Assembly (NCBI GenBank): GCA_012515515.1
Contig: JAAYYE010000009.1
Span: forward strand, 1-33,817
Direction of reading: 5' to 3'
DNA from: Minisyncoccota bacterium
GTDB taxonomy: Bacteria > Patescibacteriota > Microgenomatia > UBA1400 > PJMF01
DNA: 33,817 bases
A program made the position numbers and the translations under genes. A model generated the notes under the pieces. The model was not told the origin of the DNA. It saw only the letters and a list, made by a program, of their open reading frames with translations, and searched no databases. This document shows positions 7,525 to 16,390 of this stretch, piece after piece. The stretch's first letter is position 1, and every line of letters starts with the position of its first letter.

Positions 7525-9228
7525 ATGAATAAAAAGAAGCCCATTGAGCAGTCAGCTCATAGTTTAGATACCTTAGTTGAAGAAATTTTACTTTGGCAAA
7601 AAAAACAAGCTATTCAAGACTTGCATGTTGATGATATGAAAACTCCATCTGGGAGAGTGCACACGGGTGCTTTGCGAGGGGTCTTGTTACACGATGTCAT
7701 TGCTAAAATCATTCAAGAACATTTGGACAAGGAGTCTCAAGAAAATCGCGCTCAAAAAGTGCTCAGCACTTATGTCTTTAATGATATGGATCCGATGGAC
7801 GGTTTACCTCTCTATTTAAATAAAGAGGAATATCTTCAACATATGGGTAAACCTTTATATTTAATCCCTCCTCCAGCTTTGGATAAATCTGGAATTGATT
7901 TCTCTCAAATCAATGAACAAGAAAGAATGGAGCTAGAGGCTGCCAAAAATTTTGCAGAATTTTATGCCACTGATTTCATTCATACTTTTCGCGCCCTAGG
8001 TTGTAGTCAAGAAATAGTGTGGAGTCATCACTTGTATGAGAGTGGCCAAATGGATGAAGTCATTCGCTTTTCATTAGATCATGTCGATTTATTCAAGAAA
8101 ATTTATAAAGAGGTGGCTGATTATGATTTGCCAGAAAACTGGTATCCATTTCAAGTTATTTGCCCAGTTTGTGGCAAAATTGGCACTACTTTAGTGACTG
8201 ATTGGGATGGCCAAGAAGTTGGTTTTGTTTGTCAAGAACACGCGGTTAAATGGGCTGAGGGTTGCGGTCATCAGGGCAAAATTAGCCCCTTTTCAGGCAA
8301 TGGTAAGTTGCTGTGGAAAGTTGATTGGCCAGCTCATTGGAGAACTTTAGGTGTGAATATTGAGGGTGCCGGCAAAGACCACACTAGTGCTGGTGGATCA
8401 AGAGACATGGCTAATGCCATTTGTCGAGAAGTTTTTAAAACTCAAGTGCCCTTTGACATCCCTTACGAGTGGATACTGTTGCGAGGGAGTAAAATGAGTT
8501 CTAGTAAAGGAGTTGGCACTTCAGCTCGTGAATTTACTGCTCTTTTTCCTCCAAGTGTTGGACGTTTTTTATTTGTTAACAAAGATCACAATCAGGTGAT
8601 AGATTTTGATCCGGCCAGCATGGCAATTCCTGATTTATTTGACGATTATGATCGAGCTGCGCGAATTTATTGGGGACAAGAAGAAGGAGATCAGCGTTTA
8701 GCGCGTGCTTTTGTTTTGTCACAGCCAGATAATATAATTCCCCAAGCTCATTTTTTAACTCGTTTTCGTGATTTAGCTCAGTGGATGCAATATCCTGAAA
8801 AAGATGTATTTGTGGAAGCTAGTAAAGTTAAAGGGGCTGAATTAACTGCTTTAGAAAAAGAAGTCATCACTGAGCGACTACATTATGCTGAATTATGGAT
8901 TAGCAAGTATGCTCCTGAAGAATATCAGTGGCGAGCTAAAAAAACCATGCCTCCGCAAGCTCAAGAACTGAGCGAAGAACAAATAATGTTTTTAGAAGAA
9001 ATAAGTAAAATGATCGCTGGTCAATCTTGGCAGGCCCAAGAATTGCAACAGGCTATTTTTGATTTGGCTAAGCAAGGTCTTGGCACCGGGCCTGCTTTTA
9101 AATCAATCTATCTGGCTTTTTTAGGTAAAAAATCTGGTCCAAGAGCGGCGTGGTTTTTATTAAACATTGATCAACAATTACTTCAGGATAGAATAAAAGA
9201 ACTAAAAGACTTACATAAAAAAAATTAA
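7525..9228 (+). CDS. lysS: Lysine--tRNA ligase, class I
   Basis: TPSGRVHTGALRG (HIGH-like), CPVCGK Zn motif, GKLLWKVDWPAHW, EGAGKDH, KMSSSKG, C-terminal GPR. Confidence 0.95.
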   Translation: MNKKKPIEQSAHSLDTLVEEILLWQKKQAIQDLHVDDMKTPSGRVHTGALRGVLLHDVIAKIIQEHLDKESQENRAQKVLSTYVFNDMDPMDGLPLYLNKEEYLQHMGKPLYLIPPPALDKSGIDFSQINEQERMELEAAKNFAEFYATDFIHTFRALGCSQEIVWSHHLYESGQMDEVIRFSLDHVDLFKKIYKEVADYDLPENWYPFQVICPVCGKIGTTLVTDWDGQEVGFVCQEHAVKWAEGCGHQGKISPFSGNGKLLWKVDWPAHWRTLGVNIEGAGKDHTSAGGSRDMANAICREVFKTQVPFDIPYEWILLRGSKMSSSKGVGTSAREFTALFPPSVGRFLFVNKDHNQVIDFDPASMAIPDLFDDYDRAARIYWGQEEGDQRLARAFVLSQPDNIIPQAHFLTRFRDLAQWMQYPEKDVFVEASKVKGAELTALEKEVITERLHYAELWISKYAPEEYQWRAKKTMPPQAQELSEEQIMFLEEISKMIAGQSWQAQELQQAIFDLAKQGLGTGPAFKSIYLAFLGKKSGPRAAWFLLNIDQQLLQDRIKELKDLHKKN

Positions 9229-9237
9229 TAAGGAATT

Positions 9238-10491
9238 ATGCTTGACATTAATTTTATTCGTCAACATGCGCAAGAAGTTAAAGAAGCCTGTATCAATAAA
9301 CAGCTGGATAGCTCAATAGTTGATCAACTATTGGTAGTTGATGAAGAAAGACGAAAATTACAGCTCACAGTAGATGATTGGCGAAAACAAAGTAACGAAA
9401 ATGCTGGTCTTATTAAACAAGAGCTTGCTCAAGGCAAACAGGTTAGTCAAGAACTGGTCAATCGAGGAAAATCAATCAAAGATGAATTAAAAAAAATCGA
9501 ACCAGAGCTTGCTGCTAATGAGGCGCGCTTTACAGAATTAATGTTGGCTATTCCTAACGTTCCAACCGCCGACACTCCGATTGGTAGTGACGAAAGTTTT
9601 AATCAAGTGCTAAGAGAAGAGGGAAAAATTCCTCAATTTAATTTTCCTGTTCTAGACCATCAAACCTTAATGGAAAAATTAGATTGGCTAGATACTAAGC
9701 GCGCAGTCAAAATTGCTGGTTTTAGAGCTTTTTTTCTGAAAAACGAGGCTTTACTCCTTGAGAGAGCATTATTAAATTTTGCTCTAGATTCAATGCGTGA
9801 GCAAGGCTTTACACTCTTATCTGTGCCAACTTTAGTAAAAGCAGAAGCAATGTTGGGCACTGGTTATTTTCCTTGGGGACAAGACGACCATTATTACACT
9901 CAAGATAAACAGATTTTAGCAGGCACAGCAGAAGTGGCTTTAACCGCCTATCATCAAAATGAACTGTTGAGGGAAAAAGATTTACCCATTAAACTTTGTG
10001 GAATTTCGCCTTGTTATCGCCGAGAAATAGGTGCTCACGGCAAAGACACTCGAGGAATTATTCGAGTTCATCAATTTAATAAGGTTGAGCAAGTAGTTTT
10101 AACCATCGCTGACGAAGATGAAACGCGACGCTGGCATGAACTAATGTTGAGTTTTGCTGAAGAATTATTAAAACAATTGGGTCTGCCCTATCGAGTGATG
10201 GCTATGTGCACTGGTGATTTGGGAGCAGGACAGCGTAAAAAATATGATATTGAAACTTGGTTCCCCAGTCAGAATACTTATCGAGAAACTCATAGTGCTA
10301 GTTATTTTAATGACTTTCAGTCTAGGCGTTTGAACATTCGCTACCAGGCTAAAGACGGAAGCATTAAATATGTTTATACGCTAAATAATACAGTTGTTGC
10401 TTCACCTCGTTTACTGGCGGCCATAATTGAGAATTATCAGAAAAAAGATGCTACAATTGAGATTCCGCAAGTGCTAAAAAAATATTTTTAA
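9238..10491 (+). CDS. serS: Serine--tRNA ligase
   Basis: MLDINFIR start, N-terminal coiled coil, GTAEV, CYRREIG, GIIRVHQFNKVEQ, KKYDIETW, TLNNT. Confidence 0.97.
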   Translation: MLDINFIRQHAQEVKEACINKQLDSSIVDQLLVVDEERRKLQLTVDDWRKQSNENAGLIKQELAQGKQVSQELVNRGKSIKDELKKIEPELAANEARFTELMLAIPNVPTADTPIGSDESFNQVLREEGKIPQFNFPVLDHQTLMEKLDWLDTKRAVKIAGFRAFFLKNEALLLERALLNFALDSMREQGFTLLSVPTLVKAEAMLGTGYFPWGQDDHYYTQDKQILAGTAEVALTAYHQNELLREKDLPIKLCGISPCYRREIGAHGKDTRGIIRVHQFNKVEQVVLTIADEDETRRWHELMLSFAEELLKQLGLPYRVMAMCTGDLGAGQRKKYDIETWFPSQNTYRETHSASYFNDFQSRRLNIRYQAKDGSIKYVYTLNNTVVASPRLLAAIIENYQKKDATIEIPQVLKKYF

Positions 10492-10520
10492 TATAGTAAT
10501 TTTTTAAGATTGTAGAAAAT

Positions 10521-13500
10521 ATGTTTAAATTTCTTAAAAGCCTTTTCGATGAGGAACAAAAAAAGCTCAAGAAGTATCAGGTATTAGTTGATCAAATCAA
10601 CGCTTTTGAGCCGGAAATGGAGGCTAAAAACAATAAAGATTTAGCCTTGCAGACCAAGAAGTTTAAAGAAATTATTGAACAACATCGACAAAAAATTGAT
10701 CCAGCTCTCGAAGCTAACTCTCCAGCTTATCAAGATGCTTTAAAGAAGATAGACCAAGAGACTCTGGAGTTAATTTTGCCTGAAGCTTATGCTACGGTTC
10801 GTGAAGTATCGCGTCGTCTCATTGGTGTGCGACATTTTGATGTGCAGATGTTGGCTGGTGTCGCTCTTCATCGAGGCAATATTACTGAACAAAAAACTGG
10901 TGAGGGTAAAACTTTAACCGTCACCTGCCCTCTTTATCTTAATGCTTTATTGGGGCATGGAGCCCACTTGGTGACAGTCAATGATTACCTTTCTGAAATT
11001 GGTGTAGGTTGGATGGGCCCAATTTATCATTTTTTAGGTTTGAAAACAGCGGTTATTGTTCATGACCACGCCCGTTTGTATGATCCAAATGTGGATAGCG
11101 AAGAACGAGGTGATGAGCGCCTTGAGCATTTTGTGGAAATTAGTCGACAAGAGGCTTATTTAGCTGATATCACTTACGGCACCAATAACGAGTTTGGTTT
11201 CGATTATTTGCGCGATAACATGGTGCAAAATTTACAGCAAATGGTGCAAAGGCAAAGTCATCCTCATCATTTTGCAATCGTTGATGAAGCCGATTCGATT
11301 TTAATTGATGAAGCGCGGACGCCTTTAATTATTTCTGCTCCTGATACTGAACCAACTAATAAATATTATCAATTTGCCGACATGGTGCGTTCCCTAAGCA
11401 AAGAGCAAGATTATAAACTTGATGAAAAGTCGAAAAGCGCCACCCTCACTGATTTAGGTGTTAAGCGTTTAGAAGCAAAACTAGGTGTTAGCAATCTTTA
11501 TGAAGAAAACTTTGATACTATTCACCATATTGAAAAAGCACTCCAAGCGCAATCTCTTTACCACAAAGACAAAGAGTACATTATTAAGGATAATCAAATA
11601 ATTATTGTTGATGAGCACACGGGTCGTTTAATGTTTGGTCGACGCTACAGTGATGGTCTACATCAGGCTATTGAAGCCAAGGAAGGAGTGGCTATTCAAC
11701 AAGAATCTCGAACCTTAGCTACTATTTCTTTGCAAAATTATTTTAGAATGTACCAAAAATTGTCTGGTATGACTGGTACAGCCTTAACTGAGTCAGAAGA
11801 ATTTAATCAAATTTATCACACCGATGTTTTAGCTATTCCCACCAACGAAGAGGTGATTCGTCAAGATCGTCCCGATCAAATTTATAAAAACACGGCCGCT
11901 AAATATTCGGCGATTGTTAAAGAGGTGGAGCGACTTCATGAAACTGGTCAACCAATTTTGTTAGGCACTCGGTCGATTGAACATAATCAAATAATTTCAA
12001 ATTTTTTGCGCCGTAAAAAAATCGATCATCAGCTTTTAAATGCCAAGAATCATGAAAGAGAAGCTTTTATTATTGCCGATGCTGGTAAAAAAGGAGCCAT
12101 TACTGTTGCTACTAATATCGCAGGTCGAGGAGTTGATATTGTTTTGGGTGGAGCAAAACCGGAATTAAAAAATTACCGCAAAGCGCAATTAAGCAAGAAA
12201 AAAAGCAAAATTCCAGCAGCTTATAAAGACCTAGATTTACCAAGTCTAATTAATCCAGCTAATTATAAATTGAAAGAATATGCCCAGGCCATGCAAGATT
12301 GGCAAGAGGCGCATCAAGAGGTGGTTGAGGTAGGCGGTTTGGCAATTATTGGTACAGAACGCCATGAATCAAGACGTATTGACAATCAATTGCGCGGTCG
12401 ATCAGGTAGACAAGGAGATCCAGGTAGTTCTCAATTTTTTGTCTCACTGGACGATGAAATCATGCGCATTTTTGGTGGCGAGCAAATTGCTAAATTAATG
12501 AATTTATTGCAAATCGACGAGCAACAAGTAATTGAAAATAAAATGGTTAGTAAAGCCATTGAGTCAGCGCAAACAAAAGTAGAAACCTTCTTTTTTGATC
12601 AACGCAAACGCTTGGTAGATTTTGATGATGTGATGAACAAGCATCGTGAAATAATTTATAAGCGTCGTCGTCGTTTACTTGAAGTGGCAACTATAAGTAT
12701 TAAGCAGGCACAGAGTGATGATCGTTTGGCCAATGTTATTGTGGATGAGCAAGGCCAAGAAACCACTTTAAAGGCACAAATTTTGGATTATATTCAGCAG
12801 GAAGTGACTTTGCTGGTTAATAATCGATTGAGCTTAGAAAACACCGATGCAGAAAGCGAAGCTGAGGCATATCAATTAATCGTCAAAGATTTTACTAAAA
12901 TAATTCCTTTCGATGAAGCTTCTCAACAAAAAATAGCTAAAAAATTGGCTAAAGAAAAAGATCCATCAGCATTAATTGATGAATTAATGAAAGTGGTTGA
13001 GCAAGCCTACGAGTCACGAGAAGCTAAAGTTGGTGAAGCACTGATGCGTGAGTTGGAAAAATTCGTCATTCTGTCAACGATTGATGAAAAATGGATGGAT
13101 CATCTTGATATGATCGATGATTTGCGTCAGGGTATTTGGCTGCGTGGTGATAAAAATACTGTTTTATCAGAATACAAAAGAGAAGCCTTTAAAATGTTTG
13201 AAGAACTTATCAACAATATTCAAAGCAACATTGCTACAAGAATTTTTAGAATCCAGCCCTTGGTGCAACAACAATCTGTCATACCCAAAAACATGCAATT
13301 AGATAAAGCTGATGTTGCTGACAGCTTATTACAAGCAGTCGCAGCAGATCCGAGGCGAGCTGGGCAAACTCCCTCTCAAGCAACTGGAAAAACAGCTAAC
13401 ACTAGTGATTTGGCTAAACTTTTAGCTAATGCTAATAATAATCAGCCAAGCGCTACGAGCACTAATCGCAGCGACTCGTCTGCTCCCACAACGGGGTCGG

Positions 13501-13592
13501 AAAAAATTGGGCGCAACGATCCTTGCCCTTGCGGATCGGGGTTAAAATATAAAAAGTGCGGATTAATTGGGGCCAAAGAACATCGACCCTAA
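10521..13592 (+). CDS. secA: Preprotein translocase subunit SecA
   Basis: EQKTGEGKTL (Walker A), HLVTVNDYL, IVDEADSILIDEARTPLIIS, ATNIAGRGVDI, QLRGRSGRQGDPG, C-terminal SEC-C GRNDPCPCGSGLKYKKC. Confidence 0.98.
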   Translation: MFKFLKSLFDEEQKKLKKYQVLVDQINAFEPEMEAKNNKDLALQTKKFKEIIEQHRQKIDPALEANSPAYQDALKKIDQETLELILPEAYATVREVSRRLIGVRHFDVQMLAGVALHRGNITEQKTGEGKTLTVTCPLYLNALLGHGAHLVTVNDYLSEIGVGWMGPIYHFLGLKTAVIVHDHARLYDPNVDSEERGDERLEHFVEISRQEAYLADITYGTNNEFGFDYLRDNMVQNLQQMVQRQSHPHHFAIVDEADSILIDEARTPLIISAPDTEPTNKYYQFADMVRSLSKEQDYKLDEKSKSATLTDLGVKRLEAKLGVSNLYEENFDTIHHIEKALQAQSLYHKDKEYIIKDNQIIIVDEHTGRLMFGRRYSDGLHQAIEAKEGVAIQQESRTLATISLQNYFRMYQKLSGMTGTALTESEEFNQIYHTDVLAIPTNEEVIRQDRPDQIYKNTAAKYSAIVKEVERLHETGQPILLGTRSIEHNQIISNFLRRKKIDHQLLNAKNHEREAFIIADAGKKGAITVATNIAGRGVDIVLGGAKPELKNYRKAQLSKKKSKIPAAYKDLDLPSLINPANYKLKEYAQAMQDWQEAHQEVVEVGGLAIIGTERHESRRIDNQLRGRSGRQGDPGSSQFFVSLDDEIMRIFGGEQIAKLMNLLQIDEQQVIENKMVSKAIESAQTKVETFFFDQRKRLVDFDDVMNKHREIIYKRRRRLLEVATISIKQAQSDDRLANVIVDEQGQETTLKAQILDYIQQEVTLLVNNRLSLENTDAESEAEAYQLIVKDFTKIIPFDEASQQKIAKKLAKEKDPSALIDELMKVVEQAYESREAKVGEALMRELEKFVILSTIDEKWMDHLDMIDDLRQGIWLRGDKNTVLSEYKREAFKMFEELINNIQSNIATRIFRIQPLVQQQSVIPKNMQLDKADVADSLLQAVAADPRRAGQTPSQATGKTANTSDLAKLLANANNNQPSATSTNRSDSSAPTTGSEKIGRNDPCPCGSGLKYKKCGLIGAKEHRP

Positions 13593-13597
13593 ACAAT

Positions 13598-14476
13598 ATG
13601 CCAGAATTACCTGAAGTTGAATCGCTAAGAAAAAATTTAGCTCCAGTCTTGTTAGAAAAAAGGATTAGAGACATTCACCTATTGAGAGAAAAAAGCTTTC
13701 CCAATTTTGCAGAAAATAAGAGTTTATTAATTGGTCAGCAATTTATTGATGTCAGGCGTCGGGCAAAAATACTCGACCTGGTGTTAAGTAATAGTCAACA
13801 TTTATTGATTCATTTAAAAATGACTGGACAATTAATTTTTCTTGATAAAGATGGTCAACGCGCAGGTGGCGGTCATCCGACTGCTGATTGGCTTAATGAT
13901 TTGCCCAGTAAACATACCCGAGTAATTTTTGATTTAGAAGATCGAAAACAAAGAAACAGTCAACTCTTTTTTAATGACATGCGAGTTTTTGGTTGGCTCA
14001 GACTCAAAGCACAAGATCAACTTTCACAAGAATTTGTTCACTATGGCTTAGATGTTAACGATCCCAACTTAAATATCAAATATTTATTAGAGAAAGCTAA
14101 AAATCGGCAGATTAGCATTAAGCAATTTATTATGGATAATCAGGTTTTAGCTGGAGTTGGTAATATTTATGCGAGTGAAGCGCTGTTTAGAGCGAAAATT
14201 TCCCCTCTTAGGAGAGCTAATAGCTTGAGTAAAATTGAAATGACTCGCTTATTATTAGAAATGCAGCAAATAATTGAGACAGCTATTCTTTCTGGTGGCA
14301 CTACTTTTGACGGTCATTATGTTGGAGTTGATGGTTTGGCTGGTTCCTATCAAGATCAATTGCTGGTTTACGGTCAAGAAAATGCTATTTGTCCAGATTG
14401 TGGCCGGGATTTTAAAATCAAAAGAGTTAAGCTGGGCGGAAGAAGCAGTTTTTATTGCGAACGTTGTCAGCGCTAA
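13598..14476 (+). CDS. mutM: Formamidopyrimidine-DNA glycosylase (Fpg/MutM)
   Basis: MPELPEVE N-terminus fixes the start at 13598; HLKMTG, GVGNIYASE (H2TH), C-terminal CPDC...CERCQ zinc finger. Confidence 0.96.
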   Translation: MPELPEVESLRKNLAPVLLEKRIRDIHLLREKSFPNFAENKSLLIGQQFIDVRRRAKILDLVLSNSQHLLIHLKMTGQLIFLDKDGQRAGGGHPTADWLNDLPSKHTRVIFDLEDRKQRNSQLFFNDMRVFGWLRLKAQDQLSQEFVHYGLDVNDPNLNIKYLLEKAKNRQISIKQFIMDNQVLAGVGNIYASEALFRAKISPLRRANSLSKIEMTRLLLEMQQIIETAILSGGTTFDGHYVGVDGLAGSYQDQLLVYGQENAICPDCGRDFKIKRVKLGGRSSFYCERCQR

Positions 14477-14525
14477 ATACTTAGTTGCCGGCGTTAAATA
14501 CTTAGTTGCCGGCGCTAAATACTCA
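14463..14525. repeat. Three tandem 21-bp copies spanning the stop codons of convergent mutM and the transketolase C-terminal subunit gene
   Basis: gttgtcagcgctaaatactta / gttgccggcgttaaatactta / gttgccggcgctaaatactca. Confidence 0.93.
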
Positions 14526-15522
14526 ATAATTTTCTCTTTTTTTTCAACAAGAGCAGGGTTTTATTTAAAATTGCTTGGCTGTCTAAGTGATATTTGCTTA
14601 ATAATTGTTGGGCAGTTCCCGATTCACCAAAGGTATTGTTGACGGCAACAAACTCAGTTAGCAAGGGTTTACTATTTTTTTCTCCTAAATTATTGAGGAG
14701 TTGTTGAGCTAAATAAGCATTAAAACCACTGCCCAATTGTTCTTCACTAATAATCAATAGGGCTTGGGTTTTTTGGCAACTCAGTAAAATAGATTCGAGA
14801 TCGAGGGGTTTTAGTGAAATTAGATTAATTAATTCAGCCCTAATCCCGAGTTGCTGTAATTCAAAACAGGCTTGAACAGCTTGATGAGCAATAGTTCCCG
14901 ACACAACAATAGTTAAATCTTTGCCAGAAGTTAGAACTTGGGCTTTATCTAGAGAAAATTTGTTTGAGTCTTCTCGCTTGTTAATTAAATTTTTTAAGGA
15001 AAGTTCTAAATCCGCCACAGCCAAGCGACTTAAGCGCAAATAACTTGGACCAAGATCTTTAGCCAGAGCAAGAGTGGCTAGCTTGGCTTGCTTGGCATCA
15101 GCTGGAGAAACAAGTCGCATATTTGGCAAGCTGATCATGAGGCTTAGGTCTTCTAAAGCTTGATGAATCGCTCCATCTTCGCCAGTAACCAGACCCGCAT
15201 GTCCCCCAACAATTTTCAGGTTAAGATTTGAATAGGCTATATTTCTTATTTGATCAAAATTGCGAGCTGGATTAAAAGAAGCAAAACTAGTGGCAAAAGG
15301 TATTTTACCAAGCAAGCTTAAGCCAGCGGCTACACCAATCATATTTTGTTCTGCCACGCCACATTCAACATATTGACTAGGAAATTGCTTTTTAAAGTCT
15401 GCCAGCTTCAAAGAATCACTTAAATCTGCAGATAAAGCCATTATGTTTGGATTAACTTGTGCGGCTTTTACTAAGCCGGCAGCAAAACCATCTCTAGTGG
15501 CAAGTAGTTGGTTTTCACTCAT
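14515..15522 (-). CDS. Transketolase, C-terminal (pyrimidine-binding) subunit
   Basis: ATRDGF, LSADL, ECGVAEQNMIG, GEDGAIHQALED, YLRLSR, LKPLD, FGESG. Confidence 0.93.
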   Translation of the reverse strand: MSENQLLATRDGFAAGLVKAAQVNPNIMALSADLSDSLKLADFKKQFPSQYVECGVAEQNMIGVAAGLSLLGKIPFATSFASFNPARNFDQIRNIAYSNLNLKIVGGHAGLVTGEDGAIHQALEDLSLMISLPNMRLVSPADAKQAKLATLALAKDLGPSYLRLSRLAVADLELSLKNLINKREDSNKFSLDKAQVLTSGKDLTIVVSGTIAHQAVQACFELQQLGIRAELINLISLKPLDLESILLSCQKTQALLIISEEQLGSGFNAYLAQQLLNNLGEKNSKPLLTEFVAVNNTFGESGTAQQLLSKYHLDSQAILNKTLLLLKKKRKLLSI

Positions 15523-16387
15523 GATCGTTTTGTCTTTTAATTCTTAACTCATGCATGGCACTTTCAAATTCCCTTTTATTGGGAGCTTTGCCGTGCCAGC
15601 GATAATCATCCTCCATAAATGATACGCCTTTTCCTGGAATGCTGTGGGCAATTAAGGCTACTGGCTGCTTTTTATTATTTTTAGCTTGGGTGAGTTTGTC
15701 TTGCAGATCCTCAAAATCATGAGCATCAACTTCAAGAACATGGAGACCAAAAGCAATCAATTTTAATTTTAAATCTCCTAGAGAGAGAATTTCCCTAGTT
15801 TTACCAGAGATTTGTATTTGATTGTAATCGATGATGAAAGTTAAATTGCGCAGTTGATAATGAGCGGCAAACATATAGGCTTCCCAACTTTGTCCCTCTT
15901 GCTGTTCTCCATCGCTTAATAAACAAAAAACGTGATTTTTTCTTTCAGCTAATTGCAGACCATAGGCTAAACCAGCCGCTTGAGATCCTCCCTGCCCCAA
16001 AGAGCCAGCTGTAATTTCAATACCGGGCAAAGTTTTTGGATCGATATTTTCCCCAGCCATGAGTAGGTGCGGATGACCCTGTAAGCGACTATTAATCAGG
16101 CGAAAACTCGCCAACTCTTCTCTGGCAAAATATTTTTGTTGAGCTAGAACAGCGTAGAGAGCGGGACAGATATGTCCATTGGACAGCAAAAAATAATCAC
16201 GCTTTTCCCAAGTAGGTCGTTGGGGATCATGACGCAAAATACCAGTGGCGTATAAACATAAGATTAAATCAATCATGCCCAAGCTGCCCGCAGGATGTCC
16301 GCTTTGGGCTTGATAAATCATGGATAGAATATCTTGTCTAAGTTTAAAAGCGGTGTTTCGTAGCTGGGCAGGCTTGGTAATTTTCAT
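15515..16387 (-). CDS. Transketolase, N-terminal (TPP-binding) subunit
   Basis: SGHPAGSLG, RDYFLLSNGH, LQGHP, GSLGQG, SDGEQQEG...DYN, GKGVSFME..WHGKAP. Confidence 0.94.
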   Translation of the reverse strand: MKITKPAQLRNTAFKLRQDILSMIYQAQSGHPAGSLGMIDLILCLYATGILRHDPQRPTWEKRDYFLLSNGHICPALYAVLAQQKYFAREELASFRLINSRLQGHPHLLMAGENIDPKTLPGIEITAGSLGQGGSQAAGLAYGLQLAERKNHVFCLLSDGEQQEGQSWEAYMFAAHYQLRNLTFIIDYNQIQISGKTREILSLGDLKLKLIAFGLHVLEVDAHDFEDLQDKLTQAKNNKKQPVALIAHSIPGKGVSFMEDDYRWHGKAPNKREFESAMHELRIKRQNDHE

Positions 16388-16390
16388 TAT

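Noticed and set aside
14274-14642. 122-aa ORF with an AKYLVAGVKYLVAGAKY repeat
   Set aside because: It overlaps mutM out of frame and the transketolase gene antisense; the peptide repeat is just the 21-bp DNA repeat read in another frame.
14515-16387. Frameshifted transketolase pseudogene
   Set aside because: Both halves are intact, have their own starts and overlap by 8 bp; two-subunit transketolases are a known form.
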